Part shown: in pieces, positions 43,616 to 53,736 of the stretch
How positions within the stretch are numbered: position 1 is the stretch's first letter
Layout of the letters: each line of letters begins with the position of its first letter
Virus record (IMG/VR): IMGVR_UViG_3300046517_001864
Coordinates: 3,880 to 67,879 of that record
DNA length: 64,000 nt
Reading direction: 5' to 3' (one strand)
DNA from: a virus
Made by a program: the position numbers and the translations under genes
The notes under the pieces: model-generated
What the model was told of the DNA's origin: nothing
The model's input: only the letters and a program-made list of their open reading frames with translations
Databases searched by the model: none

Positions 43616-46600
43616 TTATTCCCCGTACCTAAACGCGGAGTAGGTCGATTCCTCCGGCGTACCGTTGATGGTATTCCGGCTGACGCCTTTCGCTCCGATA
43701 TGCTCAGTGTCAATCGTACTGCGCCACATCTCCACCGGTCCGGAGAAGGATATCCGGTGCTGGAACAAACGACCCCTCCCACCGGGCGGGAATGGAATCC
43801 GATCCACGTAGTTACGAATCCCGTTTGTAAGTGTGAAGGTATTCGTGGAGAACCCCGGCAGCCCATCGATGTCAAACACGGATGTCATGGTGACATTCGG
43901 ACCGGGTGGAACCTCCACATCAAACGTCCAGAACCTCGCCATGTCAATCTGTGAGGACCCGCCGATCTTCTTATACGAATAAGCCCAGGTAGATTTCCCA
44001 AACGGCTTCGGGGTAGATTCGATTTCGGTTTTGTAGTGTTTGAAACCTAACCCACCAATCCCCTGTCCACCCTGCCCGGAGTACCGCACCTCTACCGCTG
44101 TGGCGGTTTGCAGAGCGATGGTAGTTGGAGCATCCATCCCAACCCGGTACGTTTCACGAATCGTTCCGGTGAACGTCGCGGTGGCGATGACAAACCCGTC
44201 GATCATAAACGTTCCGGTCATCGTTCCAAGCGGGTTCACTTCCGCGATCCAGGTTTTAACGTAGTGCTCCGAGGGGTACGGCGGGAAGATCTTCTGCACA
44301 AACGTCAACCGATCCGGTTCGGTTGTACCGATGAAGTTATCCGAGTAGAACTTAAACCTCCCACCTTTCGGGTTGAGGGAGGTATCCGTGCTAGCTACAA
44401 CGTTGTACTGAGCCCATACCGTTTTCCCGTACGTCTCCGCAGGGAAGGGGAGCACGATCCGGTCCCGTTGGGTGTGGGTGTACGTAAACGTCGTTACCGC
44501 AACACTATCGATGAAACACGTCCCGAGTACCGTATTCCCAAATGGATCCATATCCACCTCGAACGCATCGAAGTGTTTCTCCTGTGCGGATCGCCGTTCG
44601 GATACGTAATTCGTCCATCGATCCGGTTCAGGCCGTCGATGGAACCAGGTGTTGTAGTGTTTGAACGAATTCCCCGAGCCGGAGTTGTACAACACGTAGA
44701 TCGTCCTGCCGTAAACCTCCACGGGGAGTTTAAACGTGTAACTCTCCCTATGCTGGAGGTTCGTCCCCACCGAGGTGATCGTCGCTGTTAGCAACGGTGT
44801 ACCGTCAACAAAACACGTACCAAACACTGTTCCGTTTGGATTAATATCCACATCAAACGCGTCGCAGATCGCTTCGTCCAACGATTCGATAGTGGTGCGC
44901 CATACCGTAACCTTCGGAGGTTCGTTCCGAGCCGAATACCGATGTTCCCAAACTTTAAACAACCCCATAGTTGAAGCGGTTTGAGTACCCGACGTGGTTG
45001 AAGTATACGTCGTGTAGGCGATCTCCCCGTAGGTCTCCGCTGGGAATGAGAACGTGTAGATATTCCGCCCCGCAGACGGAGTCCCGGTACCAAGTATGGT
45101 GTTGGTCATCACGGCAACTCCGTCCACGAAGGTAACGGCGGTAACCGTTCCTGTAGCGGAAACTGTAGAGGTTTGGGTGCCCGTACCTTGGTTCACCGGG
45201 GTATTCGCCTGGAGCATCCCGATGTCGTGGAACTCCACATCCCAAAGCTTATCCCCGGGATGACCATTGTCATCGTACGGGGTTTGGTGGAAGTGAACCT
45301 TCTGCGGTTCAGGGATCGAATCAAACGTCAGCCCGTACACGGCTGTGTGCGGGGCGAACGCTGAAGAGGTGATCGTAGTAGTAGTCGTTCCCGAGGTCGT
45401 AGTGGTGTTCGACCCGGTGAGCTGTTGGAACTGGAACGATAGGTTATTCGTCACCAACCCATTCAACGGAAGGTGTTGGTAGGTCTTCTGTCCGGTTCCC
45501 CCTGGCAGGGATGAGCAAGTCCCCACGGTGATCGTAGCGGTGTTATCGTAAATCGCATTCACCACAAACGGCCCGCCGATGAATTCCACCGCGAGGTTTT
45601 CCACTAACGCGTCGGTCGGTGTGGTCCACGCACGGGTTTGGAAGTTCCACGGCACGGCTGAGGTACCTGTCCCGCTTTGCTCGGTAACGAAGTTTTCGAT
45701 CTGAATAATCCCCGCCGTTCCCCCTGCGTAGAGGTTCGAGTTTACAAAATCCCAATACAACGAGTTGATCGGCTGTCCACCCACCCCGACGTTCTGGTAC
45801 TGGTACCACCAGCACTTCTGCATGTTGAAGTCGAGGACGAAGACGGTGTCGTTAAAGGTGCTGGTACCTGTTGGAACCGCGAGATACAACTTCCCTTCCC
45901 GATACGCCGCGAAGCTCATCCCGAGGGAACCGTTCACCGCAGGGACCCGAGCGTAATCTAACGCGGCAGGATCAAACCCACCAGCCCCACGGAACGCGTC
46001 GCCGATCTGTTCGGTCACCCAGGGGAGATCCACATCTACTCCCGCGCCGGGTTGGTACATCGAAATCCCATCCCAGTTCAACAGCGGAATTCCATGTGGG
46101 GTTTTAATACAGCATCCCGCCGCGATAGATCCCCTACGACACGAGGCCCGCTGGAATTGATAATCCGCGTTGGGTCCTTCGAACACCGAACCGGTTAGCT
46201 CGTACACCGACTTCCAATTCACCACTACCAGTCCCGGTGGCCACACCACAATCGCCGTCATGTTATCCCCAGCATCCGGGGAAACCAACGCAGAGTTCGT
46301 GGAGATGAACTGATCCGGTCGTCCTACCTGTGACCACCGCAGCCGGGTTTGGTTCCCCGACGCATCCCCAACGTAGATCCGGTCGTAAAACGCCTCCGCC
46401 CCCGCTAGTTGCACGAAGCCGAAGTCGGCCTGCTTCATTACGTTGATCGTCATCGGGGTGTTGATCAACAGCGACGTAAGATCTGACATCGAGTCGGTGA
46501 AGGTCAATGTTGCCAGAGCCCGAGTGCTCACCGCGTATGGGGTCTGAGCGTACCCACCCTGGCGGTAAGTGATGATATGAGTAATCCCATTCGTGGACGA

Positions 46601-47947
46601 TCCCGTTGCCGAGCTGGTATCCGATACGGTTACATTCGCGTTGATCATCTTTAACGGACCTGTAGCAGGGCTCGCAGCCGACTCACCGACGAAGTTCCCG
46701 TTCGAGTCGATCTCCGCGAACGTCTGATACCACGTGTATCCGATGTTCATATCCGTAAGCTGGTGAGCTCCATCCCCCACCTCGGTTACATTCGCGAGGT
46801 ACACGGTCTGTGCGGTGACGTACGATTCCACAGTGATACGGCAGCCGGTAAGCCCCTGCCACGGATCTCCGCTCCCAGTCCACGTACCGACGTAGTTGAA
46901 GTCCGAGATCGGGATGGAGAGGTTCGACAGCACATTCCCCGCGAAGGGTATGTTCGTCTGCGGGGTGGTTTGATTCGAGTTGATCAACGACTGTAGCTGG
47001 GATACCTGCGGAGCGGTGAGGGCAACCCCATTCACCTGCTGTGCCGCCGCAGCGATTTGGTCCGAGGAGGGATACGCCTGGGTGAGGCTTCGCCCGATGT
47101 TCGGGAGGTACTCCCCATGCCAGAAGTTCTGGAACCCCGCCGTGAGTTGGTAATCCGTGGATGTGATGGTCGAAGTGATCGTCCCATTTGTAACCGTAGA
47201 GGTAAACGTTGCCGTCCCTGCGACCGTCAGCGCATCGAGCGAGAAATCAATCGATACTCGGTAAACATTCTGGGGATCGGAGAACCCCATATTCGCGTAG
47301 ATGATCCCATTCGTCGCGGAGACGATGTTCCCACTGTTCGTCCCAAGGTTGATCGTAGCGGATTGGAGGACCGTCACCCGTCCGGTTACCGAATCTCCCA
47401 CGAGGGTGTTCGTCCCACCTGAAGGATTCGATACACCTTCCAACACCTGTGTGACCGTCCCACCGGTGATAATCGATATCGCCGGAGCAGTGTTCACCAC
47501 CACATGCGGAGCTAACGGAACCTGTTTGATCCACTCGGTGGTGTTCGTTCCATCATCTTTGTAAAGATTATGCCCGGAGGCAATGTACGTCCGGGTACGG
47601 TACTTCGCAAACTGCCCGTTCTGATTCAACGCCGGTGCGATGTAAGTGTAACTCGCGGTGGAAACTCCGTTAACCCTCACAGCTCCAACCGACGCGGTAC
47701 CATACGAGTAAAACGAAAACGTTCCCGCATCCGCACCGTAGGATTTGAATATCCCATAATGGGCCGTCCCCGCCGTGGGAATGTAAGTCCCATACCCCCG
47801 CCTAGGCCGTGCAGCTCCGCGTTCGATGGAGAAATCGAGATTCGTAGCGGTTTGAACTTCATCCTCTGGGACGAGGTGAGCGGGTCGAGAGGCATTCACA
47901 CCCCCACCGAAGTTCAACTTATTCTGATACACCGTTACTTGAGCCAT
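43616..47947 (-). CDS. giant tail/baseplate protein (1443 aa) with four C-terminal tandem domain repeats of about 125 aa
   Basis: Repeat unit '...R..YTF.FP.E.YG..Y..Y....F.(E/H).(D/A)AF(D/E)VD..P.G..GTCF(I/V)D...' seen four times. Confidence 0.6.
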   Translation of the reverse strand: MAQVTVYQNKLNFGGGVNASRPAHLVPEDEVQTATNLDFSIERGAARPRRGYGTYIPTAGTAHYGIFKSYGADAGTFSFYSYGTASVGAVRVNGVSTASYTYIAPALNQNGQFAKYRTRTYIASGHNLYKDDGTNTTEWIKQVPLAPHVVVNTAPAISIITGGTVTQVLEGVSNPSGGTNTLVGDSVTGRVTVLQSATINLGTNSGNIVSATNGIIYANMGFSDPQNVYRVSIDFSLDALTVAGTATFTSTVTNGTITSTITSTDYQLTAGFQNFWHGEYLPNIGRSLTQAYPSSDQIAAAAQQVNGVALTAPQVSQLQSLINSNQTTPQTNIPFAGNVLSNLSIPISDFNYVGTWTGSGDPWQGLTGCRITVESYVTAQTVYLANVTEVGDGAHQLTDMNIGYTWYQTFAEIDSNGNFVGESAASPATGPLKMINANVTVSDTSSATGSSTNGITHIITYRQGGYAQTPYAVSTRALATLTFTDSMSDLTSLLINTPMTINVMKQADFGFVQLAGAEAFYDRIYVGDASGNQTRLRWSQVGRPDQFISTNSALVSPDAGDNMTAIVVWPPGLVVVNWKSVYELTGSVFEGPNADYQFQRASCRRGSIAAGCCIKTPHGIPLLNWDGISMYQPGAGVDVDLPWVTEQIGDAFRGAGGFDPAALDYARVPAVNGSLGMSFAAYREGKLYLAVPTGTSTFNDTVFVLDFNMQKCWWYQYQNVGVGGQPINSLYWDFVNSNLYAGGTAGIIQIENFVTEQSGTGTSAVPWNFQTRAWTTPTDALVENLAVEFIGGPFVVNAIYDNTATITVGTCSSLPGGTGQKTYQHLPLNGLVTNNLSFQFQQLTGSNTTTTSGTTTTTITSSAFAPHTAVYGLTFDSIPEPQKVHFHQTPYDDNGHPGDKLWDVEFHDIGMLQANTPVNQGTGTQTSTVSATGTVTAVTFVDGVAVMTNTILGTGTPSAGRNIYTFSFPAETYGEIAYTTYTSTTSGTQTASTMGLFKVWEHRYSARNEPPKVTVWRTTIESLDEAICDAFDVDINPNGTVFGTCFVDGTPLLTATITSVGTNLQHRESYTFKLPVEVYGRTIYVLYNSGSGNSFKHYNTWFHRRPEPDRWTNYVSERRSAQEKHFDAFEVDMDPFGNTVLGTCFIDSVAVTTFTYTHTQRDRIVLPFPAETYGKTVWAQYNVVASTDTSLNPKGGRFKFYSDNFIGTTEPDRLTFVQKIFPPYPSEHYVKTWIAEVNPLGTMTGTFMIDGFVIATATFTGTIRETYRVGMDAPTTIALQTATAVEVRYSGQGGQGIGGLGFKHYKTEIESTPKPFGKSTWAYSYKKIGGSSQIDMARFWTFDVEVPPGPNVTMTSVFDIDGLPGFSTNTFTLTNGIRNYVDRIPFPPGGRGRLFQHRISFSGPVEMWRSTIDTEHIGAKGVSRNTINGTPEESTYSAFRYGE

Positions 47948-47948
47948 G

Positions 47949-48791
47949 TTAGTTCAACCGTTTTCCGATTTTAATTACACCCTTCCCCGCCGCGATGGTC
48001 ACGTCCGTTCCACGAGATCCCACTCCAGGTTTCATCCTCCGCATGTTGTTCGAAGAGGAATTCCGTAACCGGATTCGATATCGATTCAACAACTCCTCGG
48101 ATTCTTTCATGTAGATATCCGCTGTATCCGGACGGGTGGTTTGAAGAATCGTGGCTGCTGCTTTGTAAGCGATGGAGAGTTTCAGAATCGGATCAGCGGT
48201 GATATCCTCCGTTCCGGTTCCAAGCTCCACCTGCCATGGCACCCCGAACAGCGTAAACGTATACGTCACATCCGGGGAAGGGAAGGTACGGATGTGGAAC
48301 GCATCCCACAGGACGAAGAACTTCGGCGTCGCTGGGGTGAACTGTCGCCAGTTGTTGTTGTACTGCTCCAGCTTCGTCACGTCGGTGATCCAGTACTTCT
48401 GATCCACGGTTTGAGCCGCAGCTCCGGAATTGGTGGAGGAATTCAGCACCACGTACCGGGGAATCATAATCGACGCGGTGGTGTATGTGAAAATATCCGT
48501 TCCTGACGTAACCACAAACGGAGTGTTCACCTCTTGGACCGGCACGGATTGCTTCGCCAGCATCGGCCAATAATCCACCAACGCTTCGTTCCCCGCGTCG
48601 TACAACTGTGCTGACGGCCAGAAGATATCCCCAGCGGTGGGGTAGTCGAGCAGGGTTCCCGTGCTCGTGGCCTGATCGATCAGTAGTCTAACAATTCCAA
48701 CTAAAGTCATATGCTGCTCTGTGATAAACCGTAACGATTCCTGCCAGTAGATAACCGCTGGGTTGTAGATGATTCTATTCTGCCGACGCAT
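47949..48791 (-). CDS. tail/baseplate protein (280 aa)
   Basis: Position and composition. Confidence 0.5.
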   Translation of the reverse strand: MRRQNRIIYNPAVIYWQESLRFITEQHMTLVGIVRLLIDQATSTGTLLDYPTAGDIFWPSAQLYDAGNEALVDYWPMLAKQSVPVQEVNTPFVVTSGTDIFTYTTASIMIPRYVVLNSSTNSGAAAQTVDQKYWITDVTKLEQYNNNWRQFTPATPKFFVLWDAFHIRTFPSPDVTYTFTLFGVPWQVELGTGTEDITADPILKLSIAYKAAATILQTTRPDTADIYMKESEELLNRYRIRLRNSSSNNMRRMKPGVGSRGTDVTIAAGKGVIKIGKRLN

Positions 48792-48800
48792 TGCGGGTCC

Positions 48801-50153
48801 TTATGGTTGAGTAACAAACGTGATAACATTATCCGCCGCTCCTGTGGCTGAGAGAATCAACGAGATGGAGTTTCCATTCAGATCCGATGCGGCGAGATCC
48901 AACCGGTAGATGCCCTGTCCAACTGCTGCGACAGAGTTCGCGGTCAACCCAATCGCCCCACCGTCAATGGAGCGGGAGGATATCACCGTCAGTCCGGACA
49001 TCAACTGGCCGGTAACGGAGGAGAACATCGGGAAGGTGAACCCAGCAAGGGCTTGGTTCTTCTTAACCGTGATCTGTCCCGCTACGAGAGTATACCCGGT
49101 CTTGTCGTTGTTCGTCCCAACGGTAACCGCTCCACCAGCGGTGATCGCAAGGGCTGAGAAGTTGGTTGGAAACGCCTGGGTCAAACTGTACCCGGTTTTA
49201 TCCTCGTTCACGAGTACATCCACCTTCGGCAGGCCGGTGGTGGAAACCACCACAGTCGCAGCACCCTGCCAATCTTCCACGTCTACCTTTGGAAGGTTAC
49301 TCGCATCGGTCACAGCGGGATGGTTGTTGTAGTTCTTCGTGTTGACGTCGGGTACTCCTGCTGTCGCAGCGGTGACTACCGTTCCCAACCAATCCGTTAC
49401 ATCCACCTTCGGCACCCCCGCGAGATTCGGGGCGGAGATCGCCGCACCTTTCCAATCCTCGGCGTCTACCTTTGGAAGGTTGTTCGCGTCAAGGGCTGCA
49501 GCCGCACCTGCGAACTGCACCACATTCGCTCCGAGCTGGGCGGAAGTGGTACTCACCGCCACGCCTTTGATGTCTTCCAAATCCACCTCGGGGAGGTTGT
49601 TAACATCCGTGACCGCAGCGTGGTTGTTGTAGTTCTTCACATTCACATCCGGCACGCCCCCCGTCACCGCTGTTACCGCTGTCCCAAGCCAATCCACGAC
49701 ATCCACACGAGGCACCCCCGACACATTCGTGGTTACCGCTGCGTTGAGCCACTGCGTGACATTCACCGGTTGGGTTGCTACTGTAAGATCAAACGCACTG
49801 AGTTCCAGCTCAATATTCACCGGGACCATACTCGCCGCACCTTGTAGTTGCATGTACACCCACGTAGGGCTGTTCGTGCTGGCTATCGCGGCGTTCGGCA
49901 CACCGATCTCGTAAAACCCCGGGAGGTGGGTAGCATCAATCTCCACGAATCCTCCCGACGTCCACGTGCCAAGGGTTTCCCCGACGATGCTCACAAGAGT
50001 CGCAGAGGTCTGATCATCCCGGTAGTAGTACCACGTTAGCCCCGCTGAGGCGGAGGTAAGCCCGGTCAGTCCCACCCCGGTCTGAACGGAAGCTTTGGGG
50101 ATAAAAATAACCAACCTCTTCGACGTCGTCCCAGCTTTGATAATCTGTTTCAT
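48801..50153 (-). CDS. tail fiber with about 21-aa periodic shaft repeats
   Basis: Repeats '(L/V)P(K/R/E)VDV.DW.G(T/A)' and 'VPDVN.KNYNNH(A/P)AVTD' recur at least eight times; DNA-level tandem repeats at about 49000..49800. Confidence 0.55.
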   Translation of the reverse strand: MKQIIKAGTTSKRLVIFIPKASVQTGVGLTGLTSASAGLTWYYYRDDQTSATLVSIVGETLGTWTSGGFVEIDATHLPGFYEIGVPNAAIASTNSPTWVYMQLQGAASMVPVNIELELSAFDLTVATQPVNVTQWLNAAVTTNVSGVPRVDVVDWLGTAVTAVTGGVPDVNVKNYNNHAAVTDVNNLPEVDLEDIKGVAVSTTSAQLGANVVQFAGAAAALDANNLPKVDAEDWKGAAISAPNLAGVPKVDVTDWLGTVVTAATAGVPDVNTKNYNNHPAVTDASNLPKVDVEDWQGAATVVVSTTGLPKVDVLVNEDKTGYSLTQAFPTNFSALAITAGGAVTVGTNNDKTGYTLVAGQITVKKNQALAGFTFPMFSSVTGQLMSGLTVISSRSIDGGAIGLTANSVAAVGQGIYRLDLAASDLNGNSISLILSATGAADNVITFVTQP

Positions 50154-50416
50154 CCCCAGAACCCACCTGTCATGTTACCATCCCCGGAGTAGAAATTCCC
50201 CGACCAATCCGGGTAGATCAGCCCACCCGTTGGAGAGATAAACGGATACGCCCATCGAGCACCACCCCAGTTCGCGTACCCCCACAGCGCGGTGAACGCG
50301 TTGTTGAAGGTTGGGTTATCCGGTCGGAGCTTCTGTGGGGTTCCTGCCGGAGGAGCACCGGGGAGTTCCACTCCCGCGAGTTCCACCGCCCCGAGAGCTG
50401 AAGCGCCGAGGATCAT
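50150..50416 (-). CDS. hypothetical protein (88 aa)
   Basis: ATGA-coupled between two fiber genes; Trp/Gly-rich. Confidence 0.4.
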   Translation of the reverse strand: MILGASALGAVELAGVELPGAPPAGTPQKLRPDNPTFNNAFTALWGYANWGGARWAYPFISPTGGLIYPDWSGNFYSGDGNMTGGFWG

Positions 50417-51846
50417 GCGGGTCCTATCGCCTGTCGGGTGAAGTTTTCAATCGTCATCGTTACTCGTGGATACCCTGCTGTAATACTCGTAAGATTCGAA
50501 TTAATATTCAACTGCACCACACAAGGATTTGCGGCTGAGGTTGAGATTGTTCGAGCTAAAGTTGTTCCTCCAGAGTTTTGAACCGTAGATTCTCCTGTAA
50601 CCGCTGTTGGAACTGCTGTTACCACACCAGCTTTGTTAATTACATTTATCACCCACACATCAAACGCGGATTGAACATCCGTACCATTTGTACACTCAGA
50701 AGCTACGGAAAGACGTACGATGGCTACTGAGTTATTCGCACAGGTGAGCGAGAATACTGTCGTTGCGGTGTTGTTCGTGAGGGATTTGAAGGGGCGTACC
50801 AATCGACGAACGGAGACACCGCCATCTACTGATTCAAGAAAACTGTTCGCTTGCGCTAATCCCCCTCGGATACACAAATCATTCACACCGGAATCAGCAA
50901 TCATCTGACCCGCAGCAGTAGGGCATCCAACTGACGCTTGAAGGGTTCCTGTGGTAAGAACTCGGTACTGCGGGTTACCTGTGCTATCTACAAGAACGTT
51001 CCCCCCGACTACATGTAGCTGTCCACCGGGAGTTGCCGTTCCGATTCCCACCGCTCCCGCGTCGGTGATTCGCACCACTTCCGCGATAGTTGTGGAACCC
51101 TTTGGAGTAGTTTGAATCGAGATATACGCACCGTTTGATGCTGTACCCCAGTTCTCCGCAGCGTTCATTTCAATGGCGGCTTTACGGGCGGTAAACACGG
51201 ACCCGTTATACCCCTGCATCCCGTATCGAGCTACAAGATCCCCGCTGGATAACGCTGTGGGTCCACCACCAGAGCCGTTCGCTCGTCGTAAGAGAACCTG
51301 GGCGAGATTGGAATATCCATCGGCAACAATACTTACACCAGCACCAGACCCAGTGTTTACCGCATGGATTTTTCCGGCCATCGTGTTCGTTCCAACACCG
51401 ACATTCGTTCCATCCCAGAATAGATTTGTCGCATCTTCGGTAATCGCACCCGACCCGGTTACGTATGCTATCCCACCACTCGTAGTCATCGTGGCGTTGT
51501 ACGCGGTGAACGTCGCTGGAATGTCGGTGTTCAGGGACTTCGCGGTCAACCCGGCGATGAGTTTGTAAACCTTCCCAGCCGTGTTATGCGTAAATGCCGA
51601 AGTCTCCGCAGCACGGGCGATTGTCAGAGTGTCGTTTGACGACGTAACTGTCGTAACTCGGATAATCTCTTTATTCGGATCATCCGTCGGATCGGTGTAC
51701 GTCGTGGAATCCCACCACTCCGCGTTGAACGGAGCCGTGGGGAGTTTCGCTGCATCCCCAGCTTGGAGCACAATTGACGTAGCTACCGCGTCGTACCCCA
51801 GCGATACCGTAACTTTCGAGTTGTTCTTGAAATTATCCAACGCCAT
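50413..51846 (-). CDS. tail fiber protein (477 aa)
   Basis: Gly/Thr/Ser/Asn/Ala-rich with fiber-like segments (FWDGTNVGVGT..., GNVLVDSTGNPQYRVLTTG). Confidence 0.55.
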   Translation of the reverse strand: MALDNFKNNSKVTVSLGYDAVATSIVLQAGDAAKLPTAPFNAEWWDSTTYTDPTDDPNKEIIRVTTVTSSNDTLTIARAAETSAFTHNTAGKVYKLIAGLTAKSLNTDIPATFTAYNATMTTSGGIAYVTGSGAITEDATNLFWDGTNVGVGTNTMAGKIHAVNTGSGAGVSIVADGYSNLAQVLLRRANGSGGGPTALSSGDLVARYGMQGYNGSVFTARKAAIEMNAAENWGTASNGAYISIQTTPKGSTTIAEVVRITDAGAVGIGTATPGGQLHVVGGNVLVDSTGNPQYRVLTTGTLQASVGCPTAAGQMIADSGVNDLCIRGGLAQANSFLESVDGGVSVRRLVRPFKSLTNNTATTVFSLTCANNSVAIVRLSVASECTNGTDVQSAFDVWVINVINKAGVVTAVPTAVTGESTVQNSGGTTLARTISTSAANPCVVQLNINSNLTSITAGYPRVTMTIENFTRQAIGPA

Positions 51847-51847
51847 A

Positions 51848-52729
51848 CTAACTCAACACCAGATGAAATCCTTCAATAATCGCCGGGGTCGTGCTATCCG
51901 CGTTACAGAAAAACCCGGCCTGCGTTTCCGTAAACGACGTAAGCGCCGTCTGCTGGAACACCTGAGTCCAGTTCCGCATACGACGATCCGCTTGGTAGAA
52001 CGTTCGATGCGTGGCGTCTTGAACGATTTTACAAAACACCCCGTTGTTCCCCAACGGAACCATACTTGTTGTAGTGAACTGTGTGGTGAAACTGTTAAAC
52101 GCCGACCAATAGTAGATATCCACCGCGTTAGTCGGGTTGGGAAACCGCCATACAATGAACTTCGTCCCGTCCGTGACACACGGACCGATCTGGTTGAAGT
52201 TACTCGGACCAAGCATCCCTTCGAAACCAAATATCGCCGTGTACGTCGAATGCGGCAGCGCCGTGGAACAGTAGATAATCGAGTTCGAGTTGTTACCCGG
52301 TACGCTTAGCGTGAGCCCGTAACTATCCGTACTGAGCGTCGCCCCACCTACTCCGTCATGCAGCGTGAGTCCAATCGGCGGGGTGTAGATCGGTCCCTGT
52401 TGAGTGATGATCGTTGTCATCGCCCCTACCGTCAGGTCGTGGCTTACGATACTCCCCCCAGCGTGGGAAACCAACGTCGGTGTGGGTGTTTCCAACAAAC
52501 AACCCGCCCCTCGGCTCGCGGTGAACGTATCCGTCGCTCGGGAGGTGACCATCATCACCTCGGCGTTCGCACCGTTCGTGTCGCAGACCGTTACACGAAA
52601 AAACCCCCCAGCGGTAGCCGGGAACAACGCACCATCCCCGGACTGCACGGAGAACGTGATCGGGTTGGTCACCGCGTCGATCGAACCAACCGTAGTCGAG
52701 TTAGCGAGGTTGTTATACTGCTCAGCCAT
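51848..52729 (-). CDS. tail protein (293 aa)
   Basis: Position/composition. Confidence 0.5.
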   Translation of the reverse strand: MAEQYNNLANSTTVGSIDAVTNPITFSVQSGDGALFPATAGGFFRVTVCDTNGANAEVMMVTSRATDTFTASRGAGCLLETPTPTLVSHAGGSIVSHDLTVGAMTTIITQQGPIYTPPIGLTLHDGVGGATLSTDSYGLTLSVPGNNSNSIIYCSTALPHSTYTAIFGFEGMLGPSNFNQIGPCVTDGTKFIVWRFPNPTNAVDIYYWSAFNSFTTQFTTTSMVPLGNNGVFCKIVQDATHRTFYQADRRMRNWTQVFQQTALTSFTETQAGFFCNADSTTPAIIEGFHLVLS

Positions 52730-52732
52730 GTG

Positions 52733-53500
52733 TTAGAACCATGTTTGGAACAGCGTGTTGTGCTGACCGACGTTAAGGATATCCCCTTCATACTGCCCGC
52801 CGAGACGTAAGCTCGGAGCCTTATCCGGGAAGTGCTGTTCCCAGATCGTCCGTATCCGAATCCCCCTCGCGATGAACAACGTCTTGTACCTCGTCGCACG
52901 GGTGAGGTCCTGCTGCGGCCCCGGACGGGAGTAACACCGATACAACACGTACGGCATCGCGGAGTACTTCGTCCACGCAGGGATGGACATTGGGTTAGTG
53001 GTCAAAGTACCGAACGTAATCGTCGCGGGGTATTCGAACACGAGGGTATCTGTCGTCAACGCCGAAGGCGGAGGCCATACCGAGATCGTATTAATATCAT
53101 CCTGGTACATCGCCTCGGGAGTACCTGGCTGCACGCCCCTCCAATCCCGAACGAGGATCTCCAGCTCAGCTTTATCCCTCCCCGCAAGCCGAAACGCGTT
53201 CCACCAAACCCTACCCGGTCGGAGGATGTTCGTCGCGACATTCGACATCGTAAACGTATTCGTACCGTAAACCGTCGAAGTATTCGTTCCGAAGGTCATC
53301 GTAGCTGTGCCCGAGTTGGTGATTGTCGCCGAACCCCATACGAACTCAAACCGATCCTGAAGGATGTTCTGCCAGTCTTCAATGTAGGTGTTAATCTCCA
53401 CGTCCGACCACGACCATCCGGTAGTACCCGTGGGATCCATCAACTCCCGTCGTACCGCTGCGTTAATCTGCGCCTGTGTCCAAAGATCTGAGAGAGCCAT
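52733..53500 (-). CDS. virion protein (255 aa), tail/adaptor candidate
   Basis: Position between endolysin and tail genes. Confidence 0.5.
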   Translation of the reverse strand: MALSDLWTQAQINAAVRRELMDPTGTTGWSWSDVEINTYIEDWQNILQDRFEFVWGSATITNSGTATMTFGTNTSTVYGTNTFTMSNVATNILRPGRVWWNAFRLAGRDKAELEILVRDWRGVQPGTPEAMYQDDINTISVWPPPSALTTDTLVFEYPATITFGTLTTNPMSIPAWTKYSAMPYVLYRCYSRPGPQQDLTRATRYKTLFIARGIRIRTIWEQHFPDKAPSLRLGGQYEGDILNVGQHNTLFQTWF

Positions 53501-53502
53501 GA

Positions 53503-53736
53503 CTACTTCTCCTGCCCATCATCCGCAGCATCTAACTTATCCGCGTGAATGATTGCGTTCTCCACGTGGTTTGGTTGTATCTTATCCAACAACGCCGCAG
53601 TCCACCTAGACAACCGCGCCTTACGTCTACGCCGCCCAACCTCAGAGGAGATTGTCTCCTGGGGCGGAGCTCCTAACACCAACGAGGCGTACGCACGATC
53701 TATGTTGTAGATGAAATTCCCCAACCGACGTTTCAT
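53503..53736 (-). CDS. hypothetical protein (77 aa)
   Basis: ATGA-coupled to endolysin gene. Confidence 0.4.
   Translation of the reverse strand: MKRRLGNFIYNIDRAYASLVLGAPPQETISSEVGRRRRKARLSRWTAALLDKIQPNHVENAIIHADKLDAADDGQEK

Noticed and set aside
49000-49800. CRISPR-like or noncoding tandem repeat array
   Set aside because: Repeats are in-frame within the 450-aa tail fiber ORF (48801..50153) and encode a periodic peptide motif. There are no spacer-like unique segments and no cas genes.
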